Part shown: one piece after another, positions 26,483 through 35,843 of the stretch
Layout: every line of letters begins with the position of its first letter
Position numbering within the stretch: the stretch's first letter is position 1
The notes under the pieces: model-generated
Databases searched by the model: none
The model's input: the letters and a program-made list of their open reading frames with translations, nothing else
What the model was told of the DNA's origin: nothing
NCBI GenBank assembly: GCA_964405335.1
Contig: CAYONP010000009.1
Coordinates: 12,074-76,073, forward strand
Direction: 5' to 3'
Origin: an uncultured Fimbriimonadaceae bacterium
GTDB lineage: Bacteria; Armatimonadota; UBA10988
Length of the DNA stretch: 64,000 bases
Program-made: the position numbers and the translations under genes

Positions 26483-26884
26483 CTACTCGACCGCTTCGAG
26501 CGAGCTGAACAGCAAGCTCTGCTGACCCAACCGCAGCACCGCGCCCTGGTCGCTGGAGACCACCGAGTCGACCACCCCGCTGACCGCCGTGCCGTCGGGC
26601 GCCGTGCCCGAGACCGTGCGGCCGATCAGGCTGACCGCCTCGGTGAACTGGCTGCCGGTGACCAACTGTGCCAACTGCTGGTTGATCTCGACCTGCTGCT
26701 GCATGCTGCTCATCGAGGCGAGCTGGTTCATGAACGCCTGCTGGTCCATGCCACTGAGCGGATCCTGGAACCGCAACTGGGCCACCAGCAGGTTGAGGAA
26801 GGCCTCCGAATCGAGCGACTGCTTCGGCACGCGCGCCGCGCCGAGCGAGGGATCGTACGTCACTCCCGAAATGGCCGACGGCAT
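26483..26884 (-). CDS. flgD: Flagellar hook capping/assembly protein FlgD
   Basis: 133 aa, LDSEAFLNLLVAQLRFQDPLSGMDQQAFMNQLASMSSM. Confidence 0.85.
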   Translation of the reverse strand: MPSAISGVTYDPSLGAARVPKQSLDSEAFLNLLVAQLRFQDPLSGMDQQAFMNQLASMSSMQQQVEINQQLAQLVTGSQFTEAVSLIGRTVSGTAPDGTAVSGVVDSVVSSDQGAVLRLGQQSLLFSSLEAVE

Positions 26885-26897
26885 CGCATCCTCCTTT

Positions 26898-28517
26898 CTA
26901 CGCCCAGAGCAGCAAGCCGTCGTCGGGCGACGACCGCTGCATGGTCGGGCCGACCGGCTCGAGCGGCGTCGGCTCCGCCGGCGCCTCGCGCTGCGGCCGG
27001 CCGCCCGGCCAGCTATCCGGCCAGGGCGATTGCTGCCCGCCGCGAGCGCCGACGTCGAGGCTTTCCAGCGCCAGGCCGTGCCCGCCCAGCGCTTCGCGTA
27101 GCGCCGGCAACTGCTCCTGCAGCTCGCGCCGCAGGCCCTCGTGCTGCGTGCCGACCAGCACCTGCACCGTGTCGGCCGTGCGCACCACCCGCACCGCCAC
27201 CTCGCCCGCCTCGGGGTGCTGCAGCGAAACGGTGAAGCTGTCCTGGCCCGGCGAGCGGACCAGCCTCGCTCGGTCGACGATCAGCTCGCGCAGCGAGCCG
27301 ACGTCGTGCATCGCGATCGGCCGGGACGGCTCGCCGCCCTCGGTCGCCGCGGCGGTGCCCAGGCTGAACGTCGCCGGCGCCGCCTCGGGCCGCGGCTCGG
27401 CCGGCCGCACCGGTGCGGTCGGCGGCTCGTGCCGCTCGCCGCCCTGTTGCGCCGAACCCTCCGGCGTCGGCGCCTCGACCGGCCGGGCCGCCGGTGCGTC
27501 GGCCGGGGTGAGCACCTGCGCCGGCCGCTCGCGCGGCGCGGCCGGTTCGAGCGGTGGCGCGGCGCGCAGCGGATCGACCGCCTCGCGGCGCGAAACCGGC
27601 GGTGCCGGCTCGGCCGGCGGCTCGATCACCGTTTCGGCCGTCTCGCGCAGCGTCGTGGTCAGGGTCTCGACCAACGCGTCGGGATCGAGCGGCGGCAGTG
27701 GCCCGAGCGGCTCGACAGCCTGCGTGCCGCGCACGGTCACGCCGCCGTTGGCGGCCGCCTGGGCCGGTGAGATCGGCGGCGGCGGGCTGGGCTCGGGCAG
27801 CGGTGGAAGCTGGGGCTCCGTCACGTCCGGCTCGTGGCGCAGCGCGGCGGCGAACTGGGCCGCCCGCTCGGTCACCTTCGGCACATAGGCCTGGGTCTCG
27901 GCGAACGGCGGCACGCCGCCATGCTGCTCGACGGCGCCGGGCCCGGCGTTGTAGGCGGCGACCGCGCGGCGCACGTCGCCGCCGAAGCGGTCGAGCATCT
28001 GGCGCAGGTAACGCGTGCCGGCGTCGATGTTCTGCGCCGGGTCGAAGGCGTTGCTGACGCCCAGCTCGGCCGCCGTGCCGGGCATTAGCTGCATCAAGCC
28101 CTGCGCCCCGGCGGGCGAGACGGCCTGCGGGTTGAAGCTCGATTCGCTCTGCATCACCGCCAGGATGAGCGCCTCATCGACGCCGTGGCGGCGGCCGGCC
28201 TCGCGGACCAGGCGCTGGGTTTCGGCCGGCACGTCGGCCAGCGCGCCGGCGCCGGTGAGCACCGCTCGCGCCAGGTCGGCCGCGGGCCGGTTGGCGCCGC
28301 TCGAGTCCTCGGGCAGCAAGGCGCGCAGGTCGGGCAGCGCCAGCTCGGCGCCGGCGGTCAGTCCGCCGGTGGCCAGGCGGGCCTGCAGGATTTGGTTGAA
28401 CGCCTCGGCCGGTGTCGTCGGCGGGGCGGTGGGGGCCACTTCCGGGGTCAGTCGGTCCAGCAGCCCTTCGATCTGCCTCAGTCGGCCGACCAGGCCGCTG
28501 AGGTGCTCCAAGTTCAT
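26898..28517 (-). CDS. Fusion protein: lytic transglycosylase (SLT) domain + FliK hook-length control C-terminal domain
   Basis: 539 aa single ORF. SLT motifs [32 protein letters not shown]...AYNAGPGAV; Pro/Ala-rich linker; C-terminal Flg_hook-type domain [64 protein letters not shown]. Located at the fliK position (fliJ-X-flgD). Confidence 0.8.
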   Translation of the reverse strand: MNLEHLSGLVGRLRQIEGLLDRLTPEVAPTAPPTTPAEAFNQILQARLATGGLTAGAELALPDLRALLPEDSSGANRPAADLARAVLTGAGALADVPAETQRLVREAGRRHGVDEALILAVMQSESSFNPQAVSPAGAQGLMQLMPGTAAELGVSNAFDPAQNIDAGTRYLRQMLDRFGGDVRRAVAAYNAGPGAVEQHGGVPPFAETQAYVPKVTERAAQFAAALRHEPDVTEPQLPPLPEPSPPPPISPAQAAANGGVTVRGTQAVEPLGPLPPLDPDALVETLTTTLRETAETVIEPPAEPAPPVSRREAVDPLRAAPPLEPAAPRERPAQVLTPADAPAARPVEAPTPEGSAQQGGERHEPPTAPVRPAEPRPEAAPATFSLGTAAATEGGEPSRPIAMHDVGSLRELIVDRARLVRSPGQDSFTVSLQHPEAGEVAVRVVRTADTVQVLVGTQHEGLRRELQEQLPALREALGGHGLALESLDVGARGGQQSPWPDSWPGGRPQREAPAEPTPLEPVGPTMQRSSPDDGLLLWA

Positions 28518-28894
28518 GGGTCACTCCCCTTTCGGGAGTAGCTGATCACAGCCCTTTCGTCGTTCTCGGCCTGTTCGTACCACTCCAGTCGGGCGAGGTG
28601 CTCGCGCCGGCGCTGCTCGCGCAACCGCTCGAGGCTCCGGCGATCGCGCCGCGCGGCCAAATAGTCGGCCTGCCGGCGCTCGACCTCACGTTCTGTTTCG
28701 GCCAGCTCGGCGGCCTGCTTTAGCTCGAGCAGCTCCAGCCGACGCAGCTCGCGCCAGGCGGCGGCGATCAGCTCGCTGTCGAGCTCGGCCAGCTCGCGCC
28801 GCAGGCGCTCCAGCTCGGCGCGCAGCCGCGCCTGGGTGGCGCGCAGGGCCGCCTCGGCCGCGTCGCGCAGCGCAATCGCCTCGGCCAAGGCCAA
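28514..28894 (-). CDS. fliJ: Flagellar export protein FliJ (N-terminus probably extends upstream to about 28999 via a non-canonical start)
   Basis: Coiled-coil protein; the in-frame upstream sequence ...[34 protein letters not shown] is FliJ-like but contains no ATG/GTG before the in-frame stop at 29003-29005; the track start is a TTG. Confidence 0.6.
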   Translation of the reverse strand: MALAEAIALRDAAEAALRATQARLRAELERLRRELAELDSELIAAAWRELRRLELLELKQAAELAETEREVERRQADYLAARRDRRSLERLREQRRREHLARLEWYEQAENDERAVISYSRKGSDP

Positions 28895-29058
28895 GCGCGC
28901 CTGCGATTCGGCAAAGCGACGCAGGCGGAGGACGCTCTCGAGCTCGAAGGTGAACTTGCGCAGCGCCGTCGCCAGGGCGTGTTGACCTTCGCGGTCGGGG
29001 ACTCAGACCGGCCCGGTTGCCGACGGGCACCCTTCCCAGAGCGGGTCTTCCCGCTGGC

Positions 29059-29079
29059 GGGCAGGTCTGAGACCTGCCC
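29059..29079. promoter_or_regulatory. Perfect hairpin GGGCAGGTC-TGA-GACCTGCCC (plus a smaller GCGGG-TCTTC-CCGC at 29041-29055) in the fliJ upstream / large-gene downstream region
   Basis: Seen in sequence; position fits a terminator for the 29281 gene and/or an operator of the flagellar operon. Confidence 0.35.
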
Positions 29080-29280
29080 CTACCTAGAACGCCAACATGG
29101 TCGCCGGAGGGAGGATAGGCGCGACCAGCCGCGCGGGCAGGACCCGTTTGGGCTATGCTGTGAACCCGGCGCCGGCTTGCGGCTTGTTATGACGACCGTA
29201 GCGGCGCATCGCAATGCGCCGACCGGCCCGCTGCCGCCGTCGGCCGGGTGCCCGCTGGTGCGCCGCGCGTTGGCGGCGCG

Positions 29281-32200
29281 TCAGTCGTCCTCGGCGCCGA
29301 GCTCGTCCTGCGCGCCGAGGGCGGCGTAGTGGGCCGGATAGGGCACGTCGTAGCCCTTGGCCCAGTGCCACAGGATGCGGTTGAGGGTGTCCTCGTCGGC
29401 CTCGTCGATCTCGTCGAGGTCCTCGGCCAGGCTGGCCAGCGCCCACTGCCGCGCCGGACCGCTCAGCGCCGTCGCCGCGGGGTTCATCTCGTCGAGCGGG
29501 ACCTCGTTCGGCACCGAGGCCCAGGGCCGCGGGTCGAACGCGCCGGTGAAGCACTCACGCATCGGCTCGGCCGCGGCGTCGAGTTGGTTCATCGGCGGCA
29601 GGCCGAGCAGCAGCTCGATGGTCTTGACCATGCCCACCTGGGTGTAGTTGCGCGAGATCACCCGCCCGTCGCGCGGCGTGTAGGGCGAGATGACGAACGC
29701 CGGTGAGCGGTGCCCGTCGACATGGTCGACGCCCGCCTGCGGGTCGTCCTGACAGACCATGATCGCCGTTTCGGGCCAGAATCGGCTGCGCGTGATCGCC
29801 TCGACCACGCGACCCAGCGCCAGGTCGTTGTCGGCCACCGCCGCGCGTGGCGTCGGCATGTCCGGTCGCGTGCCGGCGGTGTGGTCATTCGGCAGCAGCA
29901 TGATCACGAAGTTCGGGAAGTTGCCGTTGGCCTCGAACTCGGCCAGCTCGCGGATGAACTGATCGGCGCGGTAGACATCGGGCACATTGCTGGGGAAGCC
30001 CATCGTGGTCGGGCAGAGGTTGGCCTGCACCGCGGCGATGCGCGAGGTCGAGGAGACGCGGTAGTGGTCGAGCCGGCCGTTGTCCATGAAGTCGTCGTAG
30101 ATCTGCTTGAACACCGGCCGCCGTCCCTCGGTCAGCGCCTCGACGCGGCCCTGGACCATCTCGCCGTAGCTGCGGAAGGTCAGCCCGTGAGCCAGCACAT
30201 TGTCCCACAGGTAGCCGCCGGGGCTGGCCGCCAGCGCATCGTCGCCCTCGTAGGGATAGCTGCGGAAGAACCCGCCGAACATCTTCTCGAGGTAGCTGGT
30301 GACATACGCCTCGGCCACCCACTGGTGACCGTCGGCCGAGAGGATACCGCTGCAGTAGAAGTTGTCGAGCAGCACGAAGTCGTCGGCCAGCTTGTGCGAG
30401 TTGGGCGTCACTTCGCGGCCGAACTGCACCAGCTCGGGGTCGCCATTGCCCCGCGCGATGTCGCCCATGACCTGGTCATAGGTTCGGTTCTCGCGGATGA
30501 TGTAGACCACGTGCTTGATCAGCGACGGCTCGCCGTGCCGCTCGGGCAGCGCCCGCGGCGGGGCATCCTCGCGCGGCGGCAGCAGGCTGGCCAGGGCCGC
30601 GTTGAGGTGGTTGTTCTCGGCCGTCCGCGCGGTCAGCGCCGGCAGCTCCGCGTCGGCCGGCGTGTCGATCAGGCTGACGCTGCCCTGGTGATGGTGCGAG
30701 TTGTGCCGCTCGGCCTGCGCCAGTGAACCGACGCCCTTGGTGTTGGCGACGTAAAGCCGCCCGCCGTCGGGCGAGACGACCACCGCGCCGGGGTACCAGC
30801 CGGTGGGAACGAAGCCGAGCAGGCGACTCGCCGCCGGCCCGTCACCGCCGCGCGCGGTGCCGCTCAGCTCGACCACCGCCACGGCGTTGTTGGTGCCGTT
30901 GCAGACGTAAAGCCGCGCGCCGTCGGGGCTGAGCGCCAGCGCGTTGCTCGATGAACCGAACATCAGCCGCTCGTCGGGCCGCACGGCGATGGTCTCGACG
31001 ACCATGTCGGTCGCCGTGTCGATCACCGAGACGGTGTCGCTGTTGGCGTTCGCCACGTAGACCCGCGAGCCGCCCGCGTTGGCGGCCAGGCCGCTGGGCA
31101 GCAGGCCGACCTCGACCTCGCCGCGGACGGCCAGCGTCGCCTCATCGATCACGTGGAGCGACCCGCGCGTGGGCACCGTCCGCTCATCGACCGTCACCTG
31201 CGTGCCCGAGCTGGGCGAGGTGCGCTCGCCCGGCCCCGGCCGCGGGCCGCCCCAGTTGCTGACATACAGCTTGCCGGCCGCGCGCAGCACGGCGAACGGC
31301 GCCACGCCGACGTCGACCGAGCGCGGTTCGGCCGCGCCGGTCAGGTCGATGGCGACCAGTGTATTGCCCTTGCTGCCGGCGACGTAGAGCGTCTGCTCAT
31401 CGGCCGAGAGCGCCACGCCGGCCGAGACCCCACCCGGCACGGCGTAGACCTCGCCGCGCGCCAGCTCGCCCTCGGCGTCGCGCTCCCAGAGCTGCACGTG
31501 GCCTTTGACACTCGAGGTGTAGAGCCGCCGGCCGTCGCGGCTGACCGCGATGCCGTGCACGCTGTGCCCGCCGTCGCCGGCGACCGAGTGGGTCAGCTCG
31601 CCCGTCTCGGTGTCGATCAACCGCAGGTGCAGCCGGTCGACCACGGCCAGCGTGCGGCCGTCGGGCAGCAGCGCCAGGTCGATCGGCCGGCCGCCAAACT
31701 CGACCTGCCGGCCGGTCGGCAGGATGAGCTGCTCGGTCGGCACCATGACGGTGCCGTCGGCCTGCCGGCCGATCAGCATGTCGACCCGCTCGGGCACCGT
31801 CGCCGCCGGCGCCGGGGCGACCTGGCGCAGCGCCGCGGCATGAGCATAGGCGAGCAGATTGGCCAGGAACGCGGCGCTGTTCTCGCCGGTCAGGTCGACC
31901 CGGGCGGCGGCCGGGCCGAGGTCGGCGGCGACGACGATTGCGCGGCCCTGCCCCACCGCCTGTTCGAGCACCACCGGCGGCGAGGTCTCGCCGCCGAAGC
32001 GGGCGACGACGCCCCAGCCGGCGTAGCGTCCGAACGGCTGCCGCGCCGGTGCCGTATCGCCGCTGCGCCAGCCGCCGCGGCGCAGGGCGGTCAGCTCGTT
32101 GGGCGCCCCGAACAGCGGGTGACCGGCCACGGCCGGGACAATCAGCTCGCCCGGGAAGCCGCCCCGCGCCAGGCGCAGCTCGGCCGGCAGCCAGAGCGGC

Positions 32201-33216
32201 CGCTCGGCCAGGTTCTGGTGCAGCTCGACCACTGCGCTGCCTGCCCGGCAGGCAGCAAGCAGGGCGGCGAGCAGCGTTGGGCTCAGGTCCTCGGCCGCGC
32301 GCGCGTCGAGCACGATGATCGGCGGCGCCGGGAGGGGCAAGCCCGCCGGGCCGGCCGGCGAGAGCCAGCTCACCGTCGCGCCGGTGGTCATCGCGCGGAC
32401 CGCGTCGATCAGCCCGCCGGTCTCGGTTGCTTGCAGCACGCCGATGGTCACGCCGTCGAGCGGCGCCGGCCGCGGCGGCGGCAGCCGCGCGGTGGGGGTC
32501 AGCGCGACGCCCCGGCCGGCGACGAGCTGATCGACATAGGCCAGCAGGTTGTCGAACAGCGCCTTGGCCTTAGCCGGCGAGTCGCCTTCGCCCCAGCGGA
32601 CCATGGTGTCCGGACAGAGCGAGGTGATCAGGATCCGCCCGCGTCCGTGCGCCGCCTCAATCACCGCCGCACCGCGGCCGTTGTTGGTCGAGGCAATCAC
32701 CTCGAACCCGCTCCAGGCGGTCAGCGACTCCCATGAGATGCTCCACCCGCGGTAGCGCCAGCCGGTGGTCAGGGCGGCGTCGAGCCGGTGCGGCGTCAGG
32801 GCCAGCGGATGGTCGGCGCGCTCCCACGCGATGGTCGGGTGGTCGGGATCGGCGCGCGTGACATAGAGCCCGGGCGGCAGCCAGCCGACGCGCTCCTCGT
32901 GCTGGTCGGCCTGGCACAACTCGACGATCACGCCACCGGCGGCGAGCCAGTCGTGCAGCTCCTGCCGACGATCGCTCAGCGTCTGCCGCAGCGCCGCGTC
33001 GCCGGTCACGAAGGCGCCGAGAATGAGCACCTTGACGCCGGCCAGGGGCAGCTCGCCGCGGGCCAGGGCGGCGGTGACGTCGACCGGCTGGCGCCCCGCC
33101 TCGCGAAGCAGGCGGCCGAGCGTCTCGCCGCCGCCGATGTCGCTCTCGACCGCCGTGATGGCAATCTCCTGCGCGGCCAGTGGCAGGGCAAACAACAGGC
33201 AGATCAGGAGTCGCAT
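29281..33216 (-). CDS. 1311-aa secreted multidomain protein: ThuA-like/amidotransferase-like N-domains + YVTN-type beta-propeller + C-terminal phosphoesterase (AcpA/PLC family)
   Basis: Signal peptide MRLLICLLFALPLAAQ; propeller repeats (RLYVANANSDTVSVID, RLYVCNGTNNAVAVVE, RLYVANTKGVGS); C-terminal VVYIIRENRTYDQVMGD...FYCSGILSADGHQW typical of the phosphoesterase family. Confidence 0.8.
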   Translation of the reverse strand: MRLLICLLFALPLAAQEIAITAVESDIGGGETLGRLLREAGRQPVDVTAALARGELPLAGVKVLILGAFVTGDAALRQTLSDRRQELHDWLAAGGVIVELCQADQHEERVGWLPPGLYVTRADPDHPTIAWERADHPLALTPHRLDAALTTGWRYRGWSISWESLTAWSGFEVIASTNNGRGAAVIEAAHGRGRILITSLCPDTMVRWGEGDSPAKAKALFDNLLAYVDQLVAGRGVALTPTARLPPPRPAPLDGVTIGVLQATETGGLIDAVRAMTTGATVSWLSPAGPAGLPLPAPPIIVLDARAAEDLSPTLLAALLAACRAGSAVVELHQNLAERPLWLPAELRLARGGFPGELIVPAVAGHPLFGAPNELTALRRGGWRSGDTAPARQPFGRYAGWGVVARFGGETSPPVVLEQAVGQGRAIVVAADLGPAAARVDLTGENSAAFLANLLAYAHAAALRQVAPAPAATVPERVDMLIGRQADGTVMVPTEQLILPTGRQVEFGGRPIDLALLPDGRTLAVVDRLHLRLIDTETGELTHSVAGDGGHSVHGIAVSRDGRRLYTSSVKGHVQLWERDAEGELARGEVYAVPGGVSAGVALSADEQTLYVAGSKGNTLVAIDLTGAAEPRSVDVGVAPFAVLRAAGKLYVSNWGGPRPGPGERTSPSSGTQVTVDERTVPTRGSLHVIDEATLAVRGEVEVGLLPSGLAANAGGSRVYVANANSDTVSVIDTATDMVVETIAVRPDERLMFGSSSNALALSPDGARLYVCNGTNNAVAVVELSGTARGGDGPAASRLLGFVPTGWYPGAVVVSPDGGRLYVANTKGVGSLAQAERHNSHHHQGSVSLIDTPADAELPALTARTAENNHLNAALASLLPPREDAPPRALPERHGEPSLIKHVVYIIRENRTYDQVMGDIARGNGDPELVQFGREVTPNSHKLADDFVLLDNFYCSGILSADGHQWVAEAYVTSYLEKMFGGFFRSYPYEGDDALAASPGGYLWDNVLAHGLTFRSYGEMVQGRVEALTEGRRPVFKQIYDDFMDNGRLDHYRVSSTSRIAAVQANLCPTTMGFPSNVPDVYRADQFIRELAEFEANGNFPNFVIMLLPNDHTAGTRPDMPTPRAAVADNDLALGRVVEAITRSRFWPETAIMVCQDDPQAGVDHVDGHRSPAFVISPYTPRDGRVISRNYTQVGMVKTIELLLGLPPMNQLDAAAEPMRECFTGAFDPRPWASVPNEVPLDEMNPAATALSGPARQWALASLAEDLDEIDEADEDTLNRILWHWAKGYDVPYPAHYAALGAQDELGAEDD

Positions 33217-33226
33217 GTCGGCTCTC

Positions 33227-34225
33227 TCATGGTTGCAGCGCGAAATCAGCCAGTACCGGTAGGTGATCCGACGCCCGCTCGGCGCCTCCTGCCAGCGCCA
33301 CCGGATCGTCGAAGACCTTGACCGAACCGCGGATCACAGCGGTCTCAATGCCGGCGCTGACCAGGATCTGGTCGAACAGAATCGGCTGCGGCGTGCCCGA
33401 GGCGAACCGCTCGCGCTGGTTGCGCTCGCGACTGCCCGGCACCCGCGTGTCGACACGCCCGCCGTCGGTAGTCAGCTCGTTCAGGCCCCAGCTCACCCGA
33501 TCCTGCTCGACCAGCGGCTGGCAGAGGTTGACCAGCAGCGTGCCCTCGACCCCCGGCTCGGGCCCCGGCTGCGCCGCCCAGTTCCCTGTTTCGAGAATGT
33601 TCAGCGATTGGTCGTCCGGGTTGTCGTTGAAGTCGCCGAGCAGAATCACCTGCCGGCCGCCAAAGTCGCGCTGGAGCGCACCGACCAGTTGCGCCGCGGC
33701 GCCGCAGCGCTGCCAGTCGGTCAGGTGGCGGCCGCCGACCCGCGACTTGGCGTGATGCACCAGCACCCAAACGGTGCCGCCGGGCAGGCCGACCTCGACC
33801 GCCAGCACGTCGCGACCGTAGAGGAAGAACGGCTCGCAGATCGGGCCCTCGAACAGGAACTGCTCGTCGCCCGCGTCGTAGGGCGCGGGCAGGCTGACCA
33901 CCTGGTACGGTCGGCGCACGGCGACCGCCAGGTTGAGCCGGTCGCCCTGATCGTCGAGCACGATGGTCCACTCGTCGGGCGGCAGCAGGCGCGCCAACGT
34001 CGCCCGGTCACCGATCTCCTGCAGGCCGATGATGTCGGCCTCGAGGCGCTCGAGCACCGCGCGGAGATTGGCCAGCCGGCCGGCCGAGACGCCGGCCTCC
34101 AGGTCGCGGATGTTGTAGCTGGCCACGCGCAGTCGCTGCCGCGCCGGCGCCTGGCCGCGGCAGGCGGTGACGCCGAACCAGGTCACCAGGCCGGCGATGG
34201 TCAGGAGCGTCAGGGCTCGTCTCAT
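33227..34225 (-). CDS. Secreted endonuclease/exonuclease/phosphatase (EEP) family protein
   Basis: Start ATG at 34225 (in frame with track ORF 33227..34375); signal peptide MRRALTLLTIAGLVTWFGVTAC; EEP motifs LRVASYNIRDLE, IIGLQEI, LLGDFNDNP, SDHLPVLADF. Confidence 0.75.
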   Translation of the reverse strand: MRRALTLLTIAGLVTWFGVTACRGQAPARQRLRVASYNIRDLEAGVSAGRLANLRAVLERLEADIIGLQEIGDRATLARLLPPDEWTIVLDDQGDRLNLAVAVRRPYQVVSLPAPYDAGDEQFLFEGPICEPFFLYGRDVLAVEVGLPGGTVWVLVHHAKSRVGGRHLTDWQRCGAAAQLVGALQRDFGGRQVILLGDFNDNPDDQSLNILETGNWAAQPGPEPGVEGTLLVNLCQPLVEQDRVSWGLNELTTDGGRVDTRVPGSRERNQRERFASGTPQPILFDQILVSAGIETAVIRGSVKVFDDPVALAGGAERASDHLPVLADFALQP

Positions 34226-34274
34226 GGCTTCTCCAGGGCCAGGTTGACGCCGGCCGATGAGGATCGGGCGAGTG

Positions 34275-35138
34275 CTACCACTTGCCCGACTGGACCAGCG
34301 CCGCCTGGATGTCGGCCAGTACCTGCGGCAGGCAGAGCCGCGGCGTGCCGTCGTCGTCGTGACTGACCGGCACATGCAGCGCGGCGTGCGGAGCGACGTA
34401 GAACAGGCTGGGCTGAAGCGGGTGCGGCCAGCGCTCGTAGCCCCGTTCGGCCAGGTTGACCAGCGCCCGCAGGTGCTGGATGCCCTCGGCGCAGAACGGC
34501 GCGAAGCTCAGCACCTCACGGGCGGGCACACAGCAGAGCGCGCCGCACTCGGCCACCTGGGGCAGCAGTTCGTCGAGGATGAGCAGCCGCGAACTGTCGA
34601 GCCCGTCGCCGCAGTCGAGCACGTAATGCTCCTCGCTCAAGGTCTGCAGCACCTCGGGCCCGGTCACCGCGCGCAGGTTGCCGATGGCGCGGGTGATCGG
34701 CTCCTCGCCGTCGAGCTGCCAGTCGGCAAGGTGCGAGCGAAGCAGGTAGCGCCAGCCGCCCGGGCACGGCGCGGCGATGGTGATCAGCATCACCCCGGCG
34801 TAAGGATAGGCCAGCACCTCGGGCTGGCGCCGGGCCAACTCGGCACCGCCGGTCTTGCTGAACAGCACGGGCATCACCGCGCCGGCGAGATCGCTCCAGG
34901 TGCGCGCGTCGTGGCGGCCGGGGGCGATGCGGCGGAGCAGCAGCTCGGCGATGTCGTCGGCCCAGCCGGCGGCGTCGGTCCCGGCCAGCGCCTGCTGGAT
35001 CTCGAGCCAGTCGAGGCGGAGTTCGTACTCGCCCAAACCGACGGTGACGGCCTCGTCGCTGCCGGTCAGCGGCACCGCATCGACCGCGCGGAGGGCTGCC
35101 TCGAAGGCGTCGCGCAGCGGGTTGGCCTCGCCTTCCAC
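34275..35138 (-). CDS. Hypothetical protein (287 aa)
   Basis: GTG start 7 bp after the upstream ORF stop; plausible composition versus Ser/Arg-rich noise on the other strand; no recognised domain. Confidence 0.45.
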   Translation of the reverse strand: MEGEANPLRDAFEAALRAVDAVPLTGSDEAVTVGLGEYELRLDWLEIQQALAGTDAAGWADDIAELLLRRIAPGRHDARTWSDLAGAVMPVLFSKTGGAELARRQPEVLAYPYAGVMLITIAAPCPGGWRYLLRSHLADWQLDGEEPITRAIGNLRAVTGPEVLQTLSEEHYVLDCGDGLDSSRLLILDELLPQVAECGALCCVPAREVLSFAPFCAEGIQHLRALVNLAERGYERWPHPLQPSLFYVAPHAALHVPVSHDDDGTPRLCLPQVLADIQAALVQSGKW

Positions 35139-35144
35139 GGCGCC

Positions 35145-35684
35145 TCAACCGGTCTCGTCGCGGGTCACTGTCGGGTGCAGGTGCTCCTCGGCGCGGACCT
35201 TCTCGCGCAGCGGCTCGGGCAGCTTCTCGAGCGCCGCGGCAAAGTGTTCGGCAAAGACCTTCAGCCCGGTCCCCTGGCGCGCCGCGACGATCGCCGCGGT
35301 GGCATACTGGCGCAGCTCGTCGGAGTCGGCCGCGCCGGCGATGGCGTCGATCCAGACGGCATGTTCGACGGCGGTGGGCCAGTCTTCCAGCTCGCGGGCC
35401 GCGTCGGAGGCATAGGCGTGCGGACGGAGCCGCTCCTCGGCGTCGGCCGAGTCGCCGTACAGCGCGGCCTGGGCCGTCCAGACGTCGATCGCCCGGCGCC
35501 ACTGCTCCAGGTCACGGTGCGCCTCGGCCTGCTTGCCCAGCGCCTCAATCTGGGCCGGCAGATCGCCCGCCTCGGCCGCGGCCTGTGCTTCGGCGCGATG
35601 CTGTTCGATGCGCTTCTGCAGCAGGGCCCGCGGCAACTTGCGGCCCGGCGATGCGGCGGGCGTTTGCCCAGGTTGCCATCTCAC
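35145..35684 (-). CDS. Hypothetical helical protein (about 180 aa, GTG start)
   Basis: C-terminal part of track ORF 35145..37343. The portion upstream of 35684 overlaps the well-supported AAA ATPase gene on the other strand and is rejected. Start chosen as GTG (complement 35682-35684). Confidence 0.35.
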   Translation of the reverse strand: MRWQPGQTPAASPGRKLPRALLQKRIEQHRAEAQAAAEAGDLPAQIEALGKQAEAHRDLEQWRRAIDVWTAQAALYGDSADAEERLRPHAYASDAARELEDWPTAVEHAVWIDAIAGAADSDELRQYATAAIVAARQGTGLKVFAEHFAAALEKLPEPLREKVRAEEHLHPTVTRDETG

Positions 35685-35843
35685 AGCTCTCTCCCGCCGG
35701 GCTGTTCGCGCCGTCGGGCGGGCCTCCTCCGCTGCCGGACCGGCGGTCTCGCGCCACACTGTGGGAACCGACGGAGGTTGACCGGCACTCCATCGGTGTG
35801 GTACATCTGCTGGTTGGCAGCACCGCGGAAGGCTGACGCACGC

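Noticed and set aside
29710-32736. Plus-strand ORFs antisense to the 1311-aa secreted protein gene
   Set aside because: The minus-strand product has signal peptide, propeller repeats and a phosphoesterase domain; the plus ORFs are low-complexity.
34257-35843. N-terminal 529 codons of the 1105-aa plus-strand ORF 34257..37574
   Set aside because: Only the part from ATG 35844 shows AAA ATPase homology. The upstream part is antisense to the EEP operon genes and Arg/Gly-rich.
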